Shown here in pieces: positions 27,150-34,648 of a stretch of DNA of 64,000 nt. The position numbers and the translations under genes were made by a program. Numbering within the stretch: the stretch's first letter is position 1; each line of letters starts with the position of its first letter. The notes beneath the pieces are model-generated. The model saw only the letters and a list, made by a program, of their open reading frames with translations. It ran no database searches and was not told the DNA's origin. This DNA comes from Bacteriovoracia bacterium (GTDB taxonomy: Bacteria > Bdellovibrionota > UBA1018 > JBFWNL01): positions 96,001-160,000 of the forward strand of contig JBFWNL010000005.1 in assembly GCA_050251055.1 (NCBI GenBank), written 5' to 3'.

Positions 27150-28280
27150 CTTCACTACGAAGCACGTCTGGGGACAGGCTTCGTCGATGTAGAGCTGGCC
27201 TCGGTGGCGGAGCACGATCTGCCGGGAGATGCTGAGACCTAGCCCGCTGCCCTGGCCGGGGGGTTTGGTGGTGAACAAGGGTTCGAAGATCCGGTGCCGC
27301 ACATTTTCGGGGACCCCCCTTCCGCCATCAGTTACCTTTATGCTCACGGTATCTGAGCTTGAGACGGATTCGATCCGAATCCACCGTCGATCGGCGGGCA
27401 GCCCCGTTACGGCATCGGTTGCGTTGTTCAGTAAATTCACAATCAGCTGAAAGATCTGTACCCCCGAGCATTCGGCTTCGAAATTTTCCAGCGGGGTTGA
27501 GATTTCGAGGCGTGCGTTCGCGTCCCTTAAACGGTGGGCGCAAAAATCCGCGGCTTCTTGGATGACTCGCGACAAATTGGTCTCTGTCACGACGGCGTTT
27601 TCGCCATCAGCCGAAAGCTTCCGCATTCCCTCCACGATCTCATTCGCCTTGCCGGAAGCGGCGTGAAGCTTCTCGATGACTTCGCGTAGTTTTATCAGAT
27701 CGGGAGGCATCGCCTCTAGGCGGCGCTGCAGCTCTTCCACGCGAAGCTGGATCACCGCCAGGGGATTGCGTACCTCGTGAGCGACGTGCATGGCCGCCTC
27801 GCCCGCGTTGACGAACTTGCCTAGCCGGGAGAGGTTTTTCTCGTGCATCTCAAGCCGTTGCTCTAGGCTGAGCAGTCTTCCGGCGAGCTCCGCCAGCGCG
27901 CATAGTCGTGCGCGCTGCACATCGGAGAGGTGCCGAGGTTCGCGATCCATCACGCAGAGCGTGCCGATCGCTTCCCCTCGTGAGTCGAGCACGGGAATCC
28001 CGGCATAAAAGCGCAGATCTGGATGCTTGCGTAAGATCGGAAAGTCGTAAGCCGCCGTATCTACGGAGATGTCGGGTATTTCGTGTAAGGATCGGGTCGA
28101 AAGAGCCTGCTCGCAAAACGCGCGTCCCCGAGGCTGTTCGTCCATTTCGATAGCGTGGGATGAGTAGGCTTTCCAACCCGTCTCGTCCACGCGGTTCAAC
28201 ATGGCATAGGGGGTCTCGCAAAGCTCGGATGCCAGCGTCACCCAGGTTTTTGCCACTGTATCCACGTCGGGGGAGCTCAT
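27126..28280 (-). CDS. Cytoplasmic GAF-domain sensor histidine kinase
   Basis: GAF (AFCEQAL, LRFYAGIPV, IGTLCVMD); H-box HEVRNPL; NLLNNA, DGGRG, FTTK, GSGLGL. Confidence 0.92.
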   Translation of the reverse strand: MSSPDVDTVAKTWVTLASELCETPYAMLNRVDETGWKAYSSHAIEMDEQPRGRAFCEQALSTRSLHEIPDISVDTAAYDFPILRKHPDLRFYAGIPVLDSRGEAIGTLCVMDREPRHLSDVQRARLCALAELAGRLLSLEQRLEMHEKNLSRLGKFVNAGEAAMHVAHEVRNPLAVIQLRVEELQRRLEAMPPDLIKLREVIEKLHAASGKANEIVEGMRKLSADGENAVVTETNLSRVIQEAADFCAHRLRDANARLEISTPLENFEAECSGVQIFQLIVNLLNNATDAVTGLPADRRWIRIESVSSSDTVSIKVTDGGRGVPENVRHRIFEPLFTTKPPGQGSGLGLSISRQIVLRHRGQLYIDEACPQTCFVVKLPKKHHP

Positions 28281-28363
28281 CGTTCCGAAGCTATACGGAC
28301 AAAATCGGTTTCCTAGAAGTAAAGATCCCTTAACTTGAGTTGGAGTTTCTCATGAATGCCGCG

Positions 28364-28375
28364 TGACGCGCGTCA
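28364..28375. promoter_or_regulatory. Perfect 12-bp palindrome TGACGCGCGTCA, possible operator
   Basis: Lies in the divergent intergenic region between the GAF kinase and the GNAT gene. Confidence 0.3.
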
Positions 28376-28384
28376 TGGGGGTGT

Positions 28385-29098
28385 ATGTGGTTAGCTTTAA
28401 TTAACTTGTCGCCATTCCGGTTTGCCCCGACGATTTCCCCACCTCAAATGACAAACGTAGGGTTTGGGTCTTTCTCATTTTCGCATTCAGTGCTGGGAAT
28501 CCAGTGGGAGAAGCACTTTCCCTGGCCCGCCACGCCGAGCATCGAGGTGCGGCCGGGAAGTTTTCCCCGCTTCATGGATTTTCTCCAGACCCATCAGGCC
28601 AGGCTATTCGCGGATTCAGTTTCCGCGGGGGGATTTCTGTCGGAGCCATTCAGTTCCAATAAGCGCCGGTACTACGAGTTAGCTGGCGACTTTCTCGAGT
28701 TCTTTGCGGACGGCCGACCCGTCGGTTATTTCATTGGCAACGTGCAGGACTGGAATACTTACTACTTGAGGTTCTGCGCGATATTGCCGGAGTACCGTGG
28801 ATCCCCCGCGTACGCGCGATTTTTACGACACCTTTTGGAGATCTTGCCGGTTTATGGCGTGGAAAGAGTGGAAGCCCACGTGTCTCCCGCGAACTTTGTA
28901 AACCTTCACATGCTGACGAAGCTGCAGTTCAACGTCTCTGGACAATGCCTCAGCGAGCGCTGGGGAGCGCTATTGCATTTTACGAAGTTCCTGAGCGCTC
29001 GGCATGAAAACGTCTTCCTGAAGCAGTTCTGTAATAGTGATTGGCCTCAGGTGAGGAATCGTGCTGGTTCCGATGATCTTACGCCGATGAGCGTGTGA
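28385..29098 (+). CDS. GNAT-fold protein, first gene of the candidate RiPP cluster
   Basis: GRPVGYF...YYLRFCAILPEYRG...GVERVEAHVSPAN...LTKLQF follows the GNAT pattern; start uncertain (28385 or 28448). Confidence 0.72.
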   Translation: MWLALINLSPFRFAPTISPPQMTNVGFGSFSFSHSVLGIQWEKHFPWPATPSIEVRPGSFPRFMDFLQTHQARLFADSVSAGGFLSEPFSSNKRRYYELAGDFLEFFADGRPVGYFIGNVQDWNTYYLRFCAILPEYRGSPAYARFLRHLLEILPVYGVERVEAHVSPANFVNLHMLTKLQFNVSGQCLSERWGALLHFTKFLSARHENVFLKQFCNSDWPQVRNRAGSDDLTPMSV

Positions 29099-29113
29099 AA
29101 GGGGGATTGGATC

Positions 29114-29143
29114 ATGAAAAAGTTCGCAAAATGGTGCGCCTAA
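29114..29143 (+). CDS. Putative 9-aa RiPP precursor peptide MKKFAKWCA
   Basis: ATG AAA AAG TTC GCA AAA TGG TGC GCC TAA; GGGGGA Shine-Dalgarno at 29101-29106; between the GNAT and HDO genes; followed by a hairpin; below the ORF-track size cut-off. Confidence 0.62.
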   Translation: MKKFAKWCA

Positions 29144-29159
29144 TTTTCTGAACGAGTGT

Positions 29160-29196
29160 CTCCCTCGCGCCATCCCTCACGGGTGGCTCGGGGGAG
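29160..29196 (+). promoter_or_regulatory. Stable stem-loop after the micro-ORF (mRNA stabiliser or partial terminator)
   Basis: CUCCCUCG-C-GCCAUCC (loop CUCAC) GGGUGGC-U-CGGGGGAG gives 15 bp including 2 G:U; followed by GCTTGAATTTTT. Confidence 0.7.
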
Positions 29197-29220
29197 GCTT
29201 GAATTTTTCCTGGAGGTAAT

Positions 29221-29880
29221 GTGATTTCCGAAGTTATCCGTAAGACAATCGAAGACGAAACGAATAATATCCTGGCGGAAAACCGCCTAGTGGCGAAGGT
29301 GAAGAGCGGCCAGCTGGACCCCCGTGATTTTCGCCTCTATCTATATAATTTAAAATACGCTTTCTCCAATACTCCACCCAATCTCGAGCGGGCGGCTCGC
29401 CTCGCCGCTGAGCGAGGACATTCGTTGGTTTCCGAGTTCATGCTGGAAAAGCTAAGCGAAGAGATCGGACACGATCTATGGCCCGAAGCCGATCTGAAGA
29501 AAACCTCCGACCTGGCGAATCCCGAGGGCGAGAATCTGTACGTTACTCAGGCGACGAAAGACCTCATGGATTATACGGCCGCGGTCGTCACCGAAGATCC
29601 CCGCGTTTATCTTTCCTATCTTACCTTCACCGAATACTTTACGGTGCTGGCCGCCCCGCAGTTCCTGCAGGACATGGAAGACAAGTGCGGTATCGCCAAA
29701 GATAAGGTGAGCGCGATTGCCAATCACGAAGAATCCGACCGCGAGCACTCGAAGGAAGATTTCAAGGTTTTCGATCAGCTGGAGATGGACGATCAGTTGC
29801 GCGAACAGCTCGTGACCGCGGTCAAGCGTTCCGCGCGTTTGGTCGGCAACGCCATGAACGCTTGTGTTCAGGCGTCATGA
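29221..29880 (+). CDS. Heme-oxygenase-like diiron oxidase (HDO; CADD/PqqC-like iron-containing redox enzyme)
   Basis: All-helical 219 aa; EEIGHD, TEY and NHEESDREH (H-x3-D-x2-H) metal-ligand pattern; GGAGG RBS before GTG. Confidence 0.8.
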   Translation: MISEVIRKTIEDETNNILAENRLVAKVKSGQLDPRDFRLYLYNLKYAFSNTPPNLERAARLAAERGHSLVSEFMLEKLSEEIGHDLWPEADLKKTSDLANPEGENLYVTQATKDLMDYTAAVVTEDPRVYLSYLTFTEYFTVLAAPQFLQDMEDKCGIAKDKVSAIANHEESDREHSKEDFKVFDQLEMDDQLREQLVTAVKRSARLVGNAMNACVQAS

Positions 29881-30899
29881 GGCCGGAGTGGCCGGCGTTG
29901 CCGGCGGGGTGCGGGCTGCTCGAGGTCTTTGAGTCCGAGTTCGCCCTTGGCGCCACGAGCTACCGCATGGTGGGCATGAGCGCGCCCTCGAGCCGCCATG
30001 GCGAGGTGGTCGGCAGCGCCGTGGGTACGGGACCGGACACATCCCAGCGCGCATATTTCGAGCTCTGGGAACGTGCGGTCCTGTTCGATGCGGACGCGCG
30101 CGCGCAGGAGGACACGGAGCATCCCGGGTTTCCCGGGTTGGCTTTCGATGGAACGCCGCTGGGCCGGTTGGAGCCGACCGCGGTTTTCCCACGTTCCCCG
30201 AGTCCGGAAACTTGGACTTATGCGCGATCTAGCGGAGTAGCGGCGCATGCTGATCTGACCCGGGCGTGCATGTCCGCGGTTTGGGAGTTGATCGAGCGAG
30301 ATCGCGTCTTGCGTGCTTGGTGGGGGCAGTACGTGCCGCGTCCCCTGAGTGGCGTTCCTGCCGGGGCACTGGAGACCGTGAACGAGCGGTTCGCGGCCCG
30401 ATTTTGGGATTTTGGCTGCGGAGTGGTGGGCGTATTCGGACCCGCGCGTCAGTCGGGCAAGCCATTTCTGATGGGATTTGGCGCCGGCGCTAACGTGGCC
30501 GAGGCTTGCGATCACGCCTTGCGGGATGCGATTCAACGGGTGGCTTTTCTCTGGGATGAGCCCGCCGCGGATCCGAATCCACAGGCGGAGATCGAGTTTC
30601 GGCCCTCCGTCGACTTCCACTTGGAGAGCTTCCTGCTTCCGCGCAGCTTTGATCGCGTGCAGGCGTGGCTTGACGGAAAGCATCTAGGTCGCGTACCGGG
30701 GTTGGTCCCGGCGGCGCCGGAGGCCTACCGGCTGGAGAGCTTCGCTTTCGCGGATATTACCCCGGAGGGGAGCCGATCCCACGGTCGCGTCGTGCGCGCG
30801 ATTTCGCCCGTTCTGATTCCGTTGTGCTTTGGACGCGGAAACGCGCGGGTGGCTCCAGGCGGGATGCCCGAAGGGCTATGGATTCATCCCTTCGCCTGA
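29877..30899 (+). CDS. YcaO-like protein, compact and stand-alone
   Basis: RAYFELWER and SSGVAAH...AVWELIERD ATP-binding motifs; GFGAG; C-terminal IHPFA; ATGA overlap with the HDO stop. Confidence 0.85.
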   Translation: MRPEWPALPAGCGLLEVFESEFALGATSYRMVGMSAPSSRHGEVVGSAVGTGPDTSQRAYFELWERAVLFDADARAQEDTEHPGFPGLAFDGTPLGRLEPTAVFPRSPSPETWTYARSSGVAAHADLTRACMSAVWELIERDRVLRAWWGQYVPRPLSGVPAGALETVNERFAARFWDFGCGVVGVFGPARQSGKPFLMGFGAGANVAEACDHALRDAIQRVAFLWDEPAADPNPQAEIEFRPSVDFHLESFLLPRSFDRVQAWLDGKHLGRVPGLVPAAPEAYRLESFAFADITPEGSRSHGRVVRAISPVLIPLCFGRGNARVAPGGMPEGLWIHPFA

Positions 30900-31565
30900 G
30901 AGGGTGTAGCCGTCGGGCGACTGAAACTGAATTTCGACGTCTAACTGGGATAACTTCTTCCGTAAATTGTACAGATGCACGTCGAGTGTTTTTGCGGAAA
31001 CCGTGACGTTCTTCCAAACTTCATCCTGCATTTCCTTGCGGCGGACGATGCGGCCGCGCGCGCGGTGCAGGAGGGAAAAGATTTGAAGCTCTCGTGCGGT
31101 CAATTGCGCCAAAACGTCATCCCCCTTCTTGAGGGCTAGGGCAGTGGGGTCGAAGGTGAATTTGGAATCCAGGTTTCCGCGGGTAGCGGGAGTGAGAAAG
31201 AACCGCTCGATTTTCACGATTAGCTCTGAGCGCGTAAACGGCTTAGTCAGGTAGTCAATGGCGCCTTCCTTGAAGCAGGTCTGCAGAATTTCGATGTTGT
31301 CGCAGGACGACACTACCAGGAAAGGGATCGAATTGGGCAGCAGGGCTTCTTGCTGGGAAAGGAACTCGAAGAAATGCCCGTCCGGAAGGGTAAGATCGGC
31401 GATGAGCAGATGGGGCGTCTCCGCGGCGTTGGCTTTCAGAGCCTTGAAGTTTTCGCTAAATTCTCGCAGGCATTTAAAGATCCGTATTTCATATTTGCTG
31501 CCTAATATCTCTCGATAGACAAAGAGCGCGTCGGTATCATCCTCTACGATCCAGATCTTTTTCAT
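30876..31565 (-). CDS. OmpR/PhoB-family response regulator
   Basis: VEDD, ADLTLPDG, DYLTKPF; winged helix LTARE...TLDVHLYNLRKKL. Confidence 0.92.
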   Translation of the reverse strand: MKKIWIVEDDTDALFVYREILGSKYEIRIFKCLREFSENFKALKANAAETPHLLIADLTLPDGHFFEFLSQQEALLPNSIPFLVVSSCDNIEILQTCFKEGAIDYLTKPFTRSELIVKIERFFLTPATRGNLDSKFTFDPTALALKKGDDVLAQLTARELQIFSLLHRARGRIVRRKEMQDEVWKNVTVSAKTLDVHLYNLRKKLSQLDVEIQFQSPDGYTLSGEGMNP

Positions 31566-33247
31566 ACGAATTCCTCAAGGCGAGTCGATGTCGTTGGAGT
31601 TTCCACCCTCATCCCCGGCTTTTCGGCCGCAGCGCGGGGCAGGCGTAGGTTGAAGTGACTACCCGGTAGGCCGGTCGGATCCATCGCTTCCAAGGTTCCC
31701 CCCGCGAGCTCCACTAGCCGGCGGGTCAAACGTAATCCTAACCCGATTCGGGCCTGGGAGTTCGTGAGTTGCTCAAAGCGTTCCGGAGTCAAGCCGCTGC
31801 CGTAGTCCCGGATGGAAATCTCGACCGCGTCCGCAGATTCGGCGACGAGGCTAACCTCGATCGTGCACTCGGCCAAGCGGAGAGACGCTCGGTGGCGCAG
31901 AAAATCTTCGATACTGTTGCGATACAAGTTATCCAGGATATGAATTAGGTCAATTTGGGGCATGCTCACCCTGACACTGTGAAGGGCCGGATCCAGCGGG
32001 AAGCGTACCTGCATGAAATCGGATTTTTTGAATTGCAGTGCGAGCAGCGTGACCACATGGTGATGGGCAGTTTCGAAAGATGCGTAGCCCAGATCGTCGC
32101 CCGGGTTCTTGAGGCTAGCCATGAGCGAAGTCAAAAGTTCGGTAGCGCGGTCCATGTTTCCTCGCATCCGCTCTAGATATGCGTCCTTCTTTTCGTGCTC
32201 GGGGTCGGCGATCAGCTCCGCGACGCAGAACTTCGCCGCGTGCAGGGGACCGCTCAAATTGTGGGCGATTAAGGCCGACATTTCGCCGACGGCGAGCATT
32301 CGGCCTTTGTCCGTTTCACGCGATACCATGGTGGAGAGCTCGCGCTCGCTCGTGGCCAACCGCCTTACCAGCTGGTTATACGCGGTCTCGAACTGGGCAA
32401 GCAGAGGCGAAGTATGCATGGCCAAGGTCGGTGGTGGCTGTTTATATCCTACATGGGCGAGTTGCTGAAAGAGGTGCTCTAGTCCACCGACGAAGAATTG
32501 CCGTCGCAGGTACCAGATACGGCAAAACAACGCGATGGCGATGAGTCCGACGGTCCCTACCTCGGTAGCTAGGCGGGCCGGGGTTTCCTCATAGTGAGAA
32601 ACTACAGACACGATCTGTAGGGTCACCATGAAAAAGATGATGAAGGTCATCACCAGGATCTCTTGGCGTTCAAAGTCTTGCCGCCGGTAGGGGATCTTCA
32701 CGCGGCTAAACACCTCGGTGAAGTCGAAGCGCTGGTGCAGCCGAGAAATCTCTTCGGAGAGGAAAATATGGGATTCGATGAAAACGGCGCCGTAAAAGTA
32801 ACAGAAATTAAGCAAATTGATGCAGTAGATTTTAAGGAACTGTTCCCAATTCGAAGCTTCGGGATGCTCCCAAACAAATACTACGACGCATACCGCGGGA
32901 AAAACCTTCAGGACACTTTCAAAATAGAGGAACTTGGCACGGCGGGCGGGAAAGCGAGCGAACGATTCGATGAGGGCGATTCGGCGCTTGCGATCCATTT
33001 TCTCGACGGCTGCGTCTTCGAGGCCATCGAAATAGGTGGCGGCGTCTGGATAGAGTTTTAAGAAGAATTTCCGTTCCAGCTTTCGATTGACCAGGAAGGC
33101 CACCATGTCGACGGCCATGACGAGAAGGAACTCTAAAACCGTTGGCTTCAAGAGGATGAAGACCGCGGGGATGACCGCCAGGGTCATAAACTGCCAGCTT
33201 ATCGGACTAACTAAGTCTGATATCCGTTTTAATTTAAAAACCGACAT
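31562..33247 (-). CDS. Multi-TM sensor histidine kinase, coupled to the response regulator
   Basis: About 6 hydrophobic segments; AHNLSGPL H-box; DNLYRNS; DYGSG; IGLGL with a short ATP lid; 4-bp overlap with the regulator. Confidence 0.87.
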   Translation of the reverse strand: MSVFKLKRISDLVSPISWQFMTLAVIPAVFILLKPTVLEFLLVMAVDMVAFLVNRKLERKFFLKLYPDAATYFDGLEDAAVEKMDRKRRIALIESFARFPARRAKFLYFESVLKVFPAVCVVVFVWEHPEASNWEQFLKIYCINLLNFCYFYGAVFIESHIFLSEEISRLHQRFDFTEVFSRVKIPYRRQDFERQEILVMTFIIFFMVTLQIVSVVSHYEETPARLATEVGTVGLIAIALFCRIWYLRRQFFVGGLEHLFQQLAHVGYKQPPPTLAMHTSPLLAQFETAYNQLVRRLATSERELSTMVSRETDKGRMLAVGEMSALIAHNLSGPLHAAKFCVAELIADPEHEKKDAYLERMRGNMDRATELLTSLMASLKNPGDDLGYASFETAHHHVVTLLALQFKKSDFMQVRFPLDPALHSVRVSMPQIDLIHILDNLYRNSIEDFLRHRASLRLAECTIEVSLVAESADAVEISIRDYGSGLTPERFEQLTNSQARIGLGLRLTRRLVELAGGTLEAMDPTGLPGSHFNLRLPRAAAEKPGMRVETPTTSTRLEEFV

Positions 33248-33286
33248 ACACGCACTGCGTTATACGTGGTTTGGGCGGAAAAAGAT

Positions 33287-33313
33287 AGAGGAGAAGGGGT
33301 TCCCTTCTCCTCT
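33287..33313 (-). terminator. Hairpin with a perfect 12-bp stem, probable terminator or attenuator
   Basis: AGAGGAGAAGGG-N3-CCCTTCTCCTCT, followed on the minus strand by ATCTTTTT. Confidence 0.7.
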
Positions 33314-33396
33314 GACTACTTTAATAGTATCAACTAGATAGGTACGGTTAAGATCATTTAAACAGTAGTTCTTGGACGACCTCCTCTCTTTGGTCT

Positions 33397-34575
33397 TTAG
33401 GTGGGGTTGGGTTCGGAGGGACGTTGATTCACCCTCACCTGAAGTTTTTGAATGGCTCCATCGCGGAGTATTTGCAGCTCGGCCGTGTCCCCGCTTTTCC
33501 GGGAGCTGACCAGCAGAACGAGTTCCCGAGCGGAGCGGACGGGGGTGCCGCCAAAGCTCAAGATCATGTCTCTTGGCTGGACGCCGGCTTTCTCGGCCGG
33601 ACTTTTGGGTTCTACCGCAACTACAATAGGTGGGGTCGCGGCCGCGGTGCCGTCCTCAAAGCGGTCCATCATCGCCGGGGAGGGGGCCGCATTGGAGAGC
33701 TGAATGCCGAGGTAGCCGCGGTCCACGCGTCCGTTCACGCGCAGCTGGGCAAGCACTGGACGAATCGCATTGGCGGGAATGGCGAATCCGATTCCTTGAG
33801 CTTGGGCAAGAATCGCGTCGTTGATGCCGATGATCTCGCCTTTGAGGTTGAGGAGCGGTCCACCGGAATTCCCCGGATTAATCGGAGCGTCCGTCTGCAG
33901 GTAATCGCCCAAGATCATGGGCGTGGCCCTTCCTTTGGCGGAAATGATCCCGTGGGAGACCGAATGGCCGTGCCCGAAGGGGTTGCCGACCGCCATGACG
34001 TACTCACCGACGCGTAGCTGGTCCGAATCTCCTAGCTGGAGCGGGGTGATTGCGCGCGAAGTTTTCACTTCAAGGAGGGCAAGATCAAGCTCTGGATCCC
34101 GCCCGATGATTTTTGCCGGCGTCGATTTTTCCCCTCGTTCTTCACTGAACTGAACCTGCACGGACTCGGCGTCCGCGATGACGTGATGGTTGGTTAGGAT
34201 AAGTTTACGGTCTCCTTCGGCCTCCACGACCACGCCACTGCCCAGCGCCCTAGGCATCGCGCCGCCAGGAAACCCGGGAAAGCCGAAATATCGGTCAAGT
34301 GGGCTAGGGGCCCGCAGCTTGGCCGTGGTGGAGATGTTCACCACCGAAGGAACGGCTTTTTCGGCCAGGGCCGCGAAGATATTGGGATCGGTCGCGAGCA
34401 CGGCAGGAGGAGGGGGCGAAACGGGGGACGCCCCGGTGCTGGTGGTGACCGCGGCGCGGCTAGGCGCCCCACCCAGGCCACTCAAACCCCAAAATCCCGC
34501 GATGAACGATCCCCCTGCCAGCAGGGCAAGCGTGACGATAGCGATGGCTGGGATATTCTGGTTCAGGCGTTTCAT
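33397..34575 (-). CDS. HtrA/DegP-family serine protease with a single PDZ domain
   Basis: TNHHV, DLALL and INPGNSGGPL triad motifs; PDZ (GYLGI, SPAEKAG); N-terminal TM. Confidence 0.93.
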   Translation of the reverse strand: MKRLNQNIPAIAIVTLALLAGGSFIAGFWGLSGLGGAPSRAAVTTSTGASPVSPPPPAVLATDPNIFAALAEKAVPSVVNISTTAKLRAPSPLDRYFGFPGFPGGAMPRALGSGVVVEAEGDRKLILTNHHVIADAESVQVQFSEERGEKSTPAKIIGRDPELDLALLEVKTSRAITPLQLGDSDQLRVGEYVMAVGNPFGHGHSVSHGIISAKGRATPMILGDYLQTDAPINPGNSGGPLLNLKGEIIGINDAILAQAQGIGFAIPANAIRPVLAQLRVNGRVDRGYLGIQLSNAAPSPAMMDRFEDGTAAATPPIVVAVEPKSPAEKAGVQPRDMILSFGGTPVRSARELVLLVSSRKSGDTAELQILRDGAIQKLQVRVNQRPSEPNPT

Positions 34576-34648
34576 GGTTCAATCAACCTCCTGGATCCGG
34601 TTTTACCCAGGAAGGCTTAGAGCCACATGAATAAGGGATTAAAAAAAA

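Noticed and set aside
28343-28404. Micro-ORFs MNAA (28352-66, after GGAG) and MGVYVVSFN (28375-404) upstream of the GNAT gene as extra precursors
   Set aside because: MNAA is very short with no modifiable residue, and the second lacks an RBS and overlaps the GNAT start. Both are much weaker than 29114-29143.
33397-34575. HtrA as the maturation protease of the RiPP-like cluster
   Set aside because: It is an ordinary HtrA on the opposite strand, separated by the two-component pair and a hairpin; nothing supports linkage.
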